Of a stretch of 64,000 nt of DNA, positions 1-9,993 are shown piece after piece. The first letter of the stretch is position 1. Each line of letters opens with the position of its first letter. Source of the stretch: an uncultured Methylomirabilota bacterium (GTDB taxonomy: Bacteria; Methylomirabilota; Methylomirabilia; Methylomirabilales; 2-02-FULL-66-22); assembly GCA_963845565.1 (NCBI GenBank), contig CAWJSJ010000002.1:1216001-1280000 (forward strand), in the 5' to 3' direction. Under the pieces are notes generated by a model. It saw nothing but the letters and a program-made list of their open reading frames with translations, made no database searches and had not been told where the DNA came from. The position numbers and the translations under genes are program-made.

Positions 1-408
1 GCGTTGCTTTCCGGGTTGCTGTTCGGCTGGTACTTTGTGATCGCCCGGAAGTTCGCGCAGCGGGATGGCGAGGTGATGGCAGGCACCATCTGGCAGTTCC
101 TCATTCTCTCCATTCTGTTACTTCCACTGATGCCGCTCACGCTCTTCAAGGGGATCGCCGGTGTCGGCTATCTGCACCTAGTGGTATATAGCGCGTTGTG
201 TACCGCCGCTCCCATTCTGATGCTGAACCTGTCCGGCCTGTACCTCAAGGCGCATGAGACCAGTATCCTGGCGCTGTCCGAGGTGCCCTTTTCCATCCTC
301 ATCGGCATACTCATGGTGCGTGAATTCCCGTCCCTGCTATCGTGGACCGGCGTGGTTTTCATCCTGGCGGCCGGGTTCCTGGCAGCCATCAGACAGGGAC
401 AGGGTTGA
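1..408 (+). CDS. DMT/EamA-family transporter, 3' part (5' end outside window)
   Basis: Hydrophobic ORF open from the window edge, with the EamA C-terminal pattern 'TSILALSEVPFSILIGILMVREFPS...WTGVVFI'. Confidence 0.8.
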   Translation, partial: ALLSGLLFGWYFVIARKFAQRDGEVMAGTIWQFLILSILLLPLMPLTLFKGIAGVGYLHLVVYSALCTAAPILMLNLSGLYLKAHETSILALSEVPFSILIGILMVREFPSLLSWTGVVFILAAGFLAAIRQGQG

Positions 409-539
409 TGCGCCATGCGGGGAGGGGGAGCGAGCGGCAGCAGGTCTGCGCCGCCTTTCCCGGCGTCCGTTTGGTGCGAAAGGCAATCGTCACGCACGGA
501 TTCTGCTTGACGGGTCAGTGTGACGTGTGAGATTTGTTA

Positions 540-551
540 ATTGTTGACAAT
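540..551. promoter_or_regulatory. Putative GntR/FadR-type operator ATTGTTGACAAT
   Basis: Near-perfect AT-rich palindrome upstream of the GntR gene, with TTGACG at 507-512. Confidence 0.5.
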
Positions 552-680
552 GCGCTTGGCGGCCTCGGCGGCCCTACTCTCGGGTCAGACCCTTCACGCG
601 CCCCAAACCGCACCCGCGTTTTCCTGCGCACGTCCAGCGCAGGGCGCCCACGAATCGGAAGCCTCCTGCAGGAGTCTTCG

Positions 681-1454
681 ATGCCCGGGACGGTTCAGCG
701 ATTGCGCCGGCTTCCGGCCGACCCTTCACCTCCAACCCTGGGGGGGCCGCTTTCCTTTCGCACACTCCCTGAACAGGTCGTCGCCAGGTTGCGTCATGCC
801 ATCGTCACGGGGAAACTGCGCCCGGGTACCCGTCTTGTCGAAATGCGGATTGCAGAGCAAATGCAAACGAGCCGTGGTCCGGTTCGGGAGGCGATTGGCC
901 TGCTCGAACGTGAGGGCCTAGTGGTTAAGGTCCCGCATCGAGGCGCATGCGTTCTGGAATTCGACCCACGGCTACTTCGGGAAGCGGCGAGCCTGCGGGG
1001 GAGATTGGAGGAGTTCGCGGTCTCCCTGGTGGTCCCACGCCTCGGGGCGGACGATCTGGCGCGACTGGAGTCGCTGGTACAGGGGATGGAGGACGCCGCA
1101 CGTCGCCACGCGGTCCAGGAATTCAATAACCTGGATTACCGATTCCACGACGCGATATTCCAGATAGCCGGCCACCACATCCTGCATGACGTCTGGCGCA
1201 GTATGCAGCGCAGGTTCCGCATCTTTCTCGCCTCGACGAACGCGATCAATCGGAATCTGAAGATGGTGGCTCAACGACATCGGGCCATATTGGTCGCTCT
1301 GGCGTCGCGCAAGCCGGCGGATGGTCGCCGAGCCATCCGGGGGCACTTTGCCTGGGTGGAGAAGGAGTTGGTGTTTCTCCTGGGTGCGCATGAGCCCCCC
1401 GAGCGCATGGGGCGCAGTCGGCGAAAGCGCAGCGCGCCGCAGGGCTCAGAGTAG
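681..1454 (+). CDS. GntR-family (FCD/FadR subfamily) transcriptional regulator
   Basis: wHTH 'LRPGTRLVEMRIAEQMQTSRGPVREAI', FCD 'DYRFHDAI...H..IL'; GGAG RBS before ATG 681. Confidence 0.9.
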   Translation: MPGTVQRLRRLPADPSPPTLGGPLSFRTLPEQVVARLRHAIVTGKLRPGTRLVEMRIAEQMQTSRGPVREAIGLLEREGLVVKVPHRGACVLEFDPRLLREAASLRGRLEEFAVSLVVPRLGADDLARLESLVQGMEDAARRHAVQEFNNLDYRFHDAIFQIAGHHILHDVWRSMQRRFRIFLASTNAINRNLKMVAQRHRAILVALASRKPADGRRAIRGHFAWVEKELVFLLGAHEPPERMGRSRRKRSAPQGSE

Positions 1455-1595
1455 AGCGTTCGTGCCTCCGACCGGCCGCAACCTCACACGCGGGTGTCCT
1501 GGCCGTTCCCGGAGGCGTGTCTGCCGGCTGAATCCGACGGGAGATTCGGCTGTGTGGCGTCGTGCAGTGCCTGTCTGTTGAAAGGGGGATCCGAC

Positions 1596-2660
1596 ATGAG
1601 CAGGAAACGAGGAGTGGGAGTTGCTGTTGTCGCGCTGGTGATCGGTGTCGGCTTGATGTTCGGGGGGGCGGCGTGGGCCGGGCAACCCACGGTGGTGAAG
1701 GGCGGCCACCTGGAGATTCCCGGCAGCGGCCATGACGACCACTGGCAGGTCTTTGCGAATTTCGTGAATGAGACGAGCGGCGGTCGCCTGAAGGTCGAGG
1801 TCCATCCGGGCGGCCAGCTCGGCGGCGACTCGCGGCAGCTCTTCGAGTCGGTCAAGCTGGGTGTCAATCCCATCGGCCAAGGGGACGAGGGGGCGATGGG
1901 GAGTTTCTACCCGGCGCTCATGATTCTAGCCGTCCCCTACCTCATCCCGAATGAAGACGTGGGCTTCCGTTTCTACCAGAGCGCGTTTTTTACCAAGCTG
2001 AACGAAGGGTTGATCAAGCAGCAAGGCGTGCGGATGCTGTCGGCCGCATCCTTCGGCTTCCGCTGCTTTACCAACAATAAGAAGCCGATCAAGACCGTGG
2101 ACGACCTGAAAGGGATCAAGATGCGCGTCCAGCAGAACCCGCTCTACATGACAATGGTGCGCTCGATGGGCGGCTCTCCCACGCCGATATCCTGGGGCGA
2201 GCTGTACGGCGCATTGCAGCAGGGTGTGGTAGACGGCCAGGAGAATCCTCTGGGCGTCATCTACGACACCAAATTTTACGAGGTCCAGAAGTACGCCACC
2301 GTTGACAACCACGTCCTGGGTACCAACATGATCCTGGCCAACGAGAAGTGGTTCCAGGGCCTTCCGGCCGATTTGCGCCATATTCTGCTCACCGGCGCCA
2401 AGATGGGTGCCGTCGCGGAGAACGGGAAGCGCATGTTTGAAGCGCGGGTGACCATGGTTGACGCGCTGCGCAAGAAGGGCATGGAAGTGTACGTGCCGAC
2501 CCCGGCCGAAGTGGCGACGTTCCGCAAAGCGAGCCAGGGGCCGGTGTTGGAGTGGCTGGCAAAGCAGCCCGGCGTCGGGAAGGATTTGATCGATGGGGCC
2601 ATCAAAGCGGTCAAGGATGCCGAGACTGCCATTGCTCGCGAGGCGAATCCGGTGAAGTAG
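1596..2660 (+). CDS. dctP: TRAP transporter substrate-binding protein
   Basis: Signal peptide; 'DLKGIKMRV' and 'ELYGALQQGVVDGQENP' DctP motifs. Confidence 0.92.
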   Translation: MSRKRGVGVAVVALVIGVGLMFGGAAWAGQPTVVKGGHLEIPGSGHDDHWQVFANFVNETSGGRLKVEVHPGGQLGGDSRQLFESVKLGVNPIGQGDEGAMGSFYPALMILAVPYLIPNEDVGFRFYQSAFFTKLNEGLIKQQGVRMLSAASFGFRCFTNNKKPIKTVDDLKGIKMRVQQNPLYMTMVRSMGGSPTPISWGELYGALQQGVVDGQENPLGVIYDTKFYEVQKYATVDNHVLGTNMILANEKWFQGLPADLRHILLTGAKMGAVAENGKRMFEARVTMVDALRKKGMEVYVPTPAEVATFRKASQGPVLEWLAKQPGVGKDLIDGAIKAVKDAETAIAREANPVK

Positions 2661-2751
2661 CGCCGCCGACGTAAGTCGAGGCCCGGACGGCGGCGTGCGA
2701 GCGCGCATGCATTGCCGCCCGGGCCTCGGCGCCATCAAGGAGAACCCTGCG

Positions 2752-3255
2752 ATGCATGCACTTATCCGGGGCGCGGATCGCGCCCTTTACTGGTTCATCG
2801 TCCTGCAGGTCGCCGCCATGACCACGGTGGTCGTCCTGCAGGTCTTCAACCGATATGTCGTGAACTACGTGTTCGGCTGGGAAGAGGAGACCGCCCGGTA
2901 CCTGATGGTGTGGTCCTCGTTCCTGGCGGCGGCCTACGCGCTGCGAGAGGGAGAGCAGTTAGGCATGGAGTTCGTCATCAAGCGGCTGCCCGTCGTGGGG
3001 CAGCGGGCGCTGCGGACCCTGTGCCATCTGCTCGTGATGGCGTTCCTGAGCGTGGTGGCGTACCAGGGGCTCTTTGTCATGATGCCCCAACAGCTCGACC
3101 AGGTGTCACCGTCTCTCGGCATCACCATGGCCATCCCGTACGCGGCGATCCCGATCTCTGCGCTGATGTTGCTCGCCGTGGAGGTTCTGCTGCTCTGGCG
3201 AGAGTGGCACGGGAGGCCAATCACCCCGCCGTCCGCTGTTCCGCTCGAACTCTAG
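2752..3255 (+). CDS. dctQ: TRAP small permease
   Basis: About 4 TM segments, 'WEEETARYLMVWSSFL', located between dctP and dctM; AGGAG RBS. Confidence 0.9.
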   Translation: MHALIRGADRALYWFIVLQVAAMTTVVVLQVFNRYVVNYVFGWEEETARYLMVWSSFLAAAYALREGEQLGMEFVIKRLPVVGQRALRTLCHLLVMAFLSVVAYQGLFVMMPQQLDQVSPSLGITMAIPYAAIPISALMLLAVEVLLLWREWHGRPITPPSAVPLEL

Positions 3256-3270
3256 GAGGAGCCTGCGTCC

Positions 3271-4554
3271 ATGGTGCTCCAGACAATCACCGGGCTGTTC
3301 GTTCTGACGATGATCTCCGGCATGCCGGTTGCGCTCGCCATCGGGGTCACGGCCCTGGGAGGCGTTCTGGTCATGCAGGGGATTCCGCTGGTGGTGATCC
3401 CCCAGAAAATGTTCATCGGCACCGATGCCTTTCCCCTCCTCGCCATCCCCCTCTTCATTCTGGGCGGAGACCTGATGCTGCGAGGGGAGATCACCAAGGG
3501 GCTCCTACGTTTTGCCGATCTGATGGTTGGACGGATTCGCGGCGGGCTGGCCCACGCGACGATCTTTTCGTGCATGGTTTTCGCCGGCATCACTGGGTCG
3601 GCGGTGGCGGACGCCTCGGCCATCGGCTCCGTGATGATTCCCGCCATGCACTCCGCCGGCTATCCCAAGAACTATGCCGCCGCCGTCACCGCGTCGGCCT
3701 CCATCATGGGCCCCATCATCCCTCCAAGCCTGGTGATGGTCTTCTTCTCGCTGGTCACGGGCGCGTCTGTGGGCGGCCTCTTCATGGGCGGCGTGGTTCC
3801 AGGCATCCTCATCGCCGGCTCCCTGATGACCATCAACTACTTCATCAGCCGGAAGCACGGGTACCAGAAGCGCGAGACGTCGTATAGCTGGCCCGAGACC
3901 ATCAAGATCTGTCGGGATTCCATTTTGGTCTTGCTCATGCCCGTGATCATCGTGGGGGGAATCCTGGGCGGCATCTTCACGGCGACCGAGGCGGCCGGCG
4001 TGGGCGTGGTGTACGCGCTGGTCGTCGGGTTCCTGGTCCTGCGTACACTGAGGCTTCGCGACCTTCCCGAGATGTTGATGAATACCGCCAAGGTCACCTC
4101 GGTGGTCCTGCTGCTGCTGGCCACCACCAACGTGCTCAGCTGGATCGTGACGATGCAGAACGTACCACAGACGGCTTTGGCGTTCTTTACGAGCATCTCA
4201 AAAGACCCCCGCGTCTTCCTGCTTCTCTTCAATGCGTTGCTGCTCGTGACGGGATGCGTCATCGACACGGCCCCGGCCATTTTCCTGCTGGTGCCGATCT
4301 TCGCTCCCGTGGTCAAAGGTTATGGGATCGATCTCATTCACTTCGGCGTTCTGGTCACGGTGAACCTGTGTATCGGCCTGCTCACGCCGCCGGTGGGCTC
4401 CTGCATCTTCATCGCGAGCAGCCTAGCGAAGATCTCCATCGAAGAGCTTCTGAAACCTCTCTGGCCGTTTCTGATCGCAGAGATTGTGATCCTCTTGCTA
4501 ATCACGTACGTCCCGGCCACGGTGATGTTCCTTCCGCGGCTCCTGGGGTACTAG
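3271..4554 (+). CDS. dctM: TRAP large permease
   Basis: 'LLAIPLFILGG', 'GSAVAD', 'GPIIPPS', 'IGLLTPPVG'. Confidence 0.93.
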   Translation: MVLQTITGLFVLTMISGMPVALAIGVTALGGVLVMQGIPLVVIPQKMFIGTDAFPLLAIPLFILGGDLMLRGEITKGLLRFADLMVGRIRGGLAHATIFSCMVFAGITGSAVADASAIGSVMIPAMHSAGYPKNYAAAVTASASIMGPIIPPSLVMVFFSLVTGASVGGLFMGGVVPGILIAGSLMTINYFISRKHGYQKRETSYSWPETIKICRDSILVLLMPVIIVGGILGGIFTATEAAGVGVVYALVVGFLVLRTLRLRDLPEMLMNTAKVTSVVLLLLATTNVLSWIVTMQNVPQTALAFFTSISKDPRVFLLLFNALLLVTGCVIDTAPAIFLLVPIFAPVVKGYGIDLIHFGVLVTVNLCIGLLTPPVGSCIFIASSLAKISIEELLKPLWPFLIAEIVILLLITYVPATVMFLPRLLGY

Positions 4555-4610
4555 GCGCCGGCACCCGCCGGCTTGGCGCGTCGCGACTTCTGGATAGGAT
4601 GAGGAGTGCC

Positions 4611-5943
4611 ATGGACAACGCCACGAGTAAGAGCGAGGCCCTGTTCGATTTTGCCAGTCGATACATGGTGGCGGGGGTGTCAGGGTCGGCGCGGTTCAAC
4701 GCGGCCCTGGGGCGGCCCCTGTACCTGAGCCACGGCGACGGCTGTCGGCTCTACGACGTGGATGGGCGGGTGTACCTGGACTACAACCTGTCGCACGGCG
4801 CGACCTTTCTGGGCCATAACCATCCGGGGATCCGGAAAGCCATCGAGCAGGCCCTGGACATGGGCGTGATCTGCGCCTACGAGACGGAGCACCACAGCCG
4901 CCTGGCGGAATTGCTGTGTCGGACCGTGCCCTGCGCGGAGCAGATCCGGTTCGCCAATTCCGGCTCCGAGGCGACGCTGGCCGCTATCCGGGTGGCCCGT
5001 GCTGTGACGGGCCGGCAGAAGATTCTGAAGTTCGAGGGACACTTCCACGGGCTGCACGACTACGTGGTGTGGAACGCGCACGGTCCGGCCCGCGACACGC
5101 TGCCGACCTATCCCTATGTACCGCCACAGGTCGAATCGGCCGGCATCCCGCCGCAGATCGCCGACTTCGTGGTCGTCGTGCCCTGGAACGACCCGGAGGC
5201 GTTTGCTCAGGCCATGCGCGAGCACGGCTCCGAGCTGGCCGCGGTCATCTGCGAGCCGGTCAACTACAATTCCGGTTGTATCCCACCGCAGCCAGGGATG
5301 CTGGAGTTGCTCCGGAAGTTGACGACGCAGCACGGCGCGCTGCTCATCTTCGACGAGGTCCTGAGCTCCTTCCGCATGGCGGCGGGCGGTGCGCAGGAAT
5401 ACTACAAGGTGACGCCCGACCTGTGCACGCTGGCCAAGGCGGTGGCCAATGGCCTGCCGCTGGCGGTGGTGGCTGGTCGGAGAGAATACATGCAGGTGTT
5501 GAGTCCCCTGGGCCCCGCGGCGCATTCCGGGACCTATTCCGGCCATCTCTTCGCGGTCCTGGCGGCCCTCGCGTCGTTGGGGGAGATCACCCGGCCAGGG
5601 TTCTACGACCGGATCTTCGCGAACGCCGACCGACTCTACGCGGGGCTGACCGCGCTCTTCACCAGGCACGGCGTCCCGGCCCGGGTGCAGGGTCTCGGGG
5701 CCCGCTTCGGGATCTACTTCGGCGTCACCACCGAGGTCGCGAATTACCAGGATGCGGCCCGGATCGACGGTGACCTGGGTCTCCGCTTCATCCGGGCCTG
5801 CTTCGAGCGCGGGGTGTACTTCCACAACTACGGGAAGTTGGCGCTAGGTCACCATGGCTTCTCGGCCGCGCACACGCCGGCGGATATCGACGACACGCTT
5901 GAATCGAGTCGAGGATGCCCTCAAGGCGATGCGGACCGCCTGA
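4611..5943 (+). CDS. Class III PLP aminotransferase, glutamate-1-semialdehyde aminomutase-like; apparent +1 frameshift near 5900
   Basis: 'FANSGSEAT', 'KFEGHFHG', 'LIFDEV', PLP Lys in 'TLAKAVANGLP'. Removing one T at 5899-5900 gives a natural end DDTLNRVEDALKAMRTA* at 5943; unshifted, the frame runs to 6080. Confidence 0.85.
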
Positions 5944-6133
5944 GAGGCGATCTGCGAGGGGGGCCGAGCAAGCGCGAGTTTGGCTTGACACCCCCCAGGC
6001 AGCCGATGCACATTACGCATCGGGCATCACGCGCTCGTCGCGCCCCACCTCTGCCGAGCGAAGTGTCCATCGCGCGCTGATCACCTCTGCGGGCCAGGTA
6101 TCGTGGCCAGCTCGACGTCAAGGAGCATATTCC

Positions 6134-7147
6134 ATGAGCACGCCGACGCGCATTTTTACCGAAGTGGACTACGAGAAGGATGGGAAGCAGGTCGGTTGGC
6201 TGCATCTCCCCTATTCGGTGACCCGTTCCGCCTACGGCAACATCGCCATACCCGTAGCGGTGATCAAGAACGGCGCCGGCCCCAGCGTCCTGCTCATGGC
6301 GGGGAATCACGGGGACGAGTACGAGGGGCAGGTCGGCCTCTGCAAGCTGATCCGGGCACTCGAACCGAAAGACGTTCGTGGCCGGGTCATCGCCGTTCCG
6401 GGAATCAACCTCCCCGCGGCCTTGGCCGGGGCTCGGGTGTCGCCCATCGACAACGTGAACTTCAACCGCGCCTTCCCCGGCGACCCGAACGGAACGCCCA
6501 CCTACGCGATTGCGCACTACGTCGACACTGTCCTCTTTCCCATGGTCAGCTTGTTCCTCGACCTGCACTCGGGGGGCTCCTCGCTCGATTACATCCCGTT
6601 TGTCTCGATGCGAACGAGCGGCGACGCGGCACTGGACGCCCGCGCGATGGCGGCGCTCAAGGCATTCGGGGCTCCGGTCAGCATGGTGTGGGCGCACACC
6701 CTGGACTCGGGATTCGCACAGACGGCGGCGCTCCGACGCGGCCTGGTGAGCCTGGGTGGGGAGTTCGGCGGCGGCGGTTCGGTGTCGCTGGACGGTCTGC
6801 GGATCGTCGAGCGTGGGCTCCGGCGATTCCTGGTCCATGCCGGGTGCATGGCCCCGGAATCGCTGCCGCCGGAATCGCTGCCGGCAACCCGTGTCGTGGA
6901 AGTGCGCAACCGCGACTACTTTGTGCTGGCCCCCGACGCCGGCCTGTTCGAGCCGTTCGTCGAGCTCGGGGAGACGGTCGAGGTCGGGCGGCCCTGCGGT
7001 CAGGTGCACTTCGTGGACAACCCCGGGCGAGAACCCGTGGCGGTTCGGTTCCGCGCGACAGGGACCGTGATCAGCAAGCGGCACTTCGGCCGGGTGGAAC
7101 GGGGCGATTGCGTGGCGCACTTGGCCACCGACTGGGCAGGCTGCTGA
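6134..7147 (+). CDS. Succinylglutamate desuccinylase/aspartoacylase (M14) family deacylase, DoeB-like
   Basis: 'GNHGDEYEG', 'NFNRAFPG', 'DLHSGG', 'GEFGGG' and a C-terminal barrel-sandwich domain; AGGAG RBS. Confidence 0.88.
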   Translation: MSTPTRIFTEVDYEKDGKQVGWLHLPYSVTRSAYGNIAIPVAVIKNGAGPSVLLMAGNHGDEYEGQVGLCKLIRALEPKDVRGRVIAVPGINLPAALAGARVSPIDNVNFNRAFPGDPNGTPTYAIAHYVDTVLFPMVSLFLDLHSGGSSLDYIPFVSMRTSGDAALDARAMAALKAFGAPVSMVWAHTLDSGFAQTAALRRGLVSLGGEFGGGGSVSLDGLRIVERGLRRFLVHAGCMAPESLPPESLPATRVVEVRNRDYFVLAPDAGLFEPFVELGETVEVGRPCGQVHFVDNPGREPVAVRFRATGTVISKRHFGRVERGDCVAHLATDWAGC

Positions 7148-7261
7148 AAAAGGCCCATCTGCGGCGTTGGCCCGCCTCGGCACTCGCTGCGACGTACCTC
7201 CAGTACGTCTCGCTCGGCCTTCGGCGAGCCGCCTTGCATCTGGACCTTTTTGAGCAGCCTG
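7137..7261 (+). mobile_element. 125-bp MITE-like element, copy 1
   Basis: TIRs CAGGCTGCTGAAAAAGG...CCTTTTTGAGCAGCCTG; homologous to 10881-11003 and 17701-17826; supplies the TGA of the upstream gene. Confidence 0.85.
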
Positions 7262-7400
7262 CTCGACCTCGGTGGCAGGCCAGGCATTTGGAGCCGTTCG
7301 GGGCGCTTGCGCGCCATCCCGTCGATGACGGATGCGGACAGATCGGCCAGGTGCGCCGGCCTGCGGACGTGAACCCAGCCACAGACAGAGGGAGGGACCC

Positions 7401-8960
7401 ATGGAGCTGACACGACGGGAACTGCTGGTCCTCGGCGGCGCCGCCGGCGCCGCGACCCTGTTGAGCGTTCCGGCCCAGGCCCAGAAGCGCGGCGGGGACG
7501 TCATCGTGGGAACCATCTCTGCCCCCCCGACCACCGACGCGCAAACCACCTCTGCGGAGGTCGCCCGCAACATCAGTCTGCACTGGATCGAGACCCTGTA
7601 CGCGCGCGACGAGAATGGGAACCCCATCCCCGACCTTGCCCAGAAGTGCGATATCTCGGCGGACGGCAAGACCTACACCTTCACACTCCGACAGGGCGTG
7701 CGGTTCCACAACGGCCAGGAGATGACGGCCCAGGACGTCAAGGCCTCGATGGAACGGTACGGAAAGGTGGGCGGCAGCGCCGCCATCATGCGGTCGGTGG
7801 ACTCCATCACGCCCGCGAGCAAGTACGTGGTCCGGGTTGTACTAAAGACGCCGGTCCCCGGCTTCATCGACCAGATCAGTTCGCCGCGGGCCCCACTGGG
7901 GATCATGCCGGCCAGCGAGGGGGACAAGGACCGGAACAAGATCAGCCATATCGGCACCGGACCGTACCAGTTCATGGAGTTCAAGCCGGACAGCCACGTT
8001 CTGTTGAAGCGCTTCGACGGCTACACCCCCAACACCAACTACACCAGGCGCGACGGCTTCAGCGGCAAGAAGACCGCCTACTTCAACACCGTGACGTTTC
8101 GGCACATTCCAGAGGGCGGCGCCCGCGCCGCCGCACTCGAGACCGGCGAGATCCAGGCCGTGGACATGCTGCCTCCGCCGACCGCCGATCGCCTGAAGGG
8201 TAACAGGAATATCAAGATCTACCCGGTCATGCCCTGGGCTTTCCAGACCATCATGATCAATGCCGCCTGGGGGCCGACCGCCCATCAGAAAGTTCGGCAG
8301 GCTATTCAAGCGACGCTGGACTGCGAAGAGACCATGGCCATCGCCAGCGAAGGCCTCTATCGGCTGACGCATGGCTGGCAGCATCCGGGGACCACATACT
8401 TCGCGGGCGACATCGGCAAGGAGTTCTACAACCAGAAAAACGCCGCGAAGGCAAAGCAGCTCCTGCAAGAGGCGGGATACAAAGGGGAGGAGATCGTCTT
8501 CCTGACCGACAGCAACTACAAGAATCACCACGAGACGGCCGTGGTGGCAAGCGAGCAGCTCAAGAAGGCCGGGATGAACGTCCGCCTCAACGTCACCGAC
8601 TGGCCGACGGCGTTCAACGCCCGGCTGAAGCCGGAGGGCTGGAATTTGTGGGCCCTCGGGTTCGGCATCGAGCCGTATGAGGGGCCGTACACGGTGGCGG
8701 GCTACTTCACGAGCGAGTACGGCGGCAAGGGCGTTCAGCACACGTCCGATCCCGAGCTCGCGCGGGCCGACGCCGCCCTCAATACCTCGCTGAAGGTGGA
8801 GGACCGGATCAAGGCCTTCGCGGACTTCCAGAAGCGATTCTTCGAATTCGTGCCGGGCATCAAGGTCGGCGATCTCGGGCGATATCAGGCCACCCGGGCG
8901 AACGTGGCCGGCTACGCCCCCGGCCGGATTCCGCGGATGTGGGACTGCTGGTTCGAATAG
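7401..8960 (+). CDS. Peptide/nickel ABC transporter substrate-binding protein (family 5), Tat-exported
   Basis: Twin-arginine signal 'LTRRELL'; 'YTFTLRQGVRFHNG', 'IGTGPYQF'. Confidence 0.92.
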   Translation: MELTRRELLVLGGAAGAATLLSVPAQAQKRGGDVIVGTISAPPTTDAQTTSAEVARNISLHWIETLYARDENGNPIPDLAQKCDISADGKTYTFTLRQGVRFHNGQEMTAQDVKASMERYGKVGGSAAIMRSVDSITPASKYVVRVVLKTPVPGFIDQISSPRAPLGIMPASEGDKDRNKISHIGTGPYQFMEFKPDSHVLLKRFDGYTPNTNYTRRDGFSGKKTAYFNTVTFRHIPEGGARAAALETGEIQAVDMLPPPTADRLKGNRNIKIYPVMPWAFQTIMINAAWGPTAHQKVRQAIQATLDCEETMAIASEGLYRLTHGWQHPGTTYFAGDIGKEFYNQKNAAKAKQLLQEAGYKGEEIVFLTDSNYKNHHETAVVASEQLKKAGMNVRLNVTDWPTAFNARLKPEGWNLWALGFGIEPYEGPYTVAGYFTSEYGGKGVQHTSDPELARADAALNTSLKVEDRIKAFADFQKRFFEFVPGIKVGDLGRYQATRANVAGYAPGRIPRMWDCWFE

Positions 8961-8979
8961 GCCGCTGCGACTGCTCACG

Positions 8980-9014
8980 GCGCGGAGGGGGCCGCATCGG
9001 CCCTCCCTCCGCGC
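8980..9014 (+). terminator. GC stem-loop after the SBP gene (attenuator/mRNA stabiliser)
   Basis: GCGCGGAGGGGGCCG-CAT-CGGCCCTCCCTCCGCGC imperfect inverted repeat. Confidence 0.5.
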
Positions 9015-9048
9015 ACGCTCTTTCTCGGTGGTTCCCGCGGAGTCCGGC

Positions 9049-9993
9049 ATGGGCCGTTACCTGGTGTACCGGCTGCTCAGCGCCATCCCGATCCTGCTGA
9101 TCGTATCCCTGGTCTCGTTCCTGATCATCTTTCTCGTTCCTGGGGACCCCGCTTCGGAGATCGCCGGCCCGGGCGCGTCCGCCGACGAGGTGGCCCGCAT
9201 CCGCCAGTCCCTGGGCCTGGACCAGCACGTGGGCATCCAGATGCTGACCTGGTACCAGCGGCTCCTCCAAGGAGATCTGGGGCAATCAATCCTCTTGCAT
9301 CGCAGCGTGACCACCGCCATCCTCGAGCGCGCTCCCGTGACCCTGTCGCTCGCCTGCCTGGCCCTCGTGCTCTCGCTTGGACCGGCCCTCGTCCTGGGCG
9401 TCGTGGCCGCCGTCAGGCAGAACACCTGGGTCGATCAGTCCGCCATGACGATGGCGCTGCTGGGTCTCTCCCTGCCCGACTTCTGGGTGGGATTGGTGAT
9501 GATCTATCTCTTCGCGGTCTTGCTGGGATGGTTTCCGACCGGGGGATACGTGGAGCTGAGCAAGGGGATGTGGCCGTGGCTGCGGAGCCTGATCATGCCC
9601 GCGGCGGCGCTCGGCCTGGCCCAACTTGGGCTCCTGGCCCGGATCACCAGGGCCACCATGCTGGAGGTACTGCGGCAGGATTATGTCCGGACCGCGCGCG
9701 CCAAGGGCGCGCCCGAGCGGCACGTGATCGGCCGGCACGCCCTGGCGAACACGTTGATTCCCGTCGTCACGGTCATCGGCATCACCGTCGGCATCCTGCT
9801 CGGCGGGGCCGTGGTCGTGGAGTCGGTCTTCGCCCTGCCCGGCGTGGGCCGCTTGATCATCGGCGCCATTCTGCGGCGGGATTATCCGGTCATCCAGGGC
9901 GGCCTCCTGCTGACGGCCTCGATCTACGTCTTCGTCAACATCATGGTGGACATCCTGTACGCCTGGCTGGATCCGCGGGTGCGCTATGAGTGA
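9049..9993 (+). CDS. ABC transporter permease, DppB/OppB-like
   Basis: 'LVPGDPA', 'GDLGQS', EAA loop 'QDYVRTARAKG', 'RDYPVIQG'. Confidence 0.92.
   Translation: MGRYLVYRLLSAIPILLIVSLVSFLIIFLVPGDPASEIAGPGASADEVARIRQSLGLDQHVGIQMLTWYQRLLQGDLGQSILLHRSVTTAILERAPVTLSLACLALVLSLGPALVLGVVAAVRQNTWVDQSAMTMALLGLSLPDFWVGLVMIYLFAVLLGWFPTGGYVELSKGMWPWLRSLIMPAAALGLAQLGLLARITRATMLEVLRQDYVRTARAKGAPERHVIGRHALANTLIPVVTVIGITVGILLGGAVVVESVFALPGVGRLIIGAILRRDYPVIQGGLLLTASIYVFVNIMVDILYAWLDPRVRYE

Noticed and set aside
4254..6080. 608-aa extended aminotransferase
   Set aside because: The N-terminal extension overlaps dctM and the C-terminal extension results from the frameshift near 5900.
7137..7261. 125-bp repeat as a tRNA, riboswitch or attC site
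   Set aside because: No cloverleaf or T-loop and no RYYYAAC/GTTRRRY ends. It has TIRs and occurs in both orientations.
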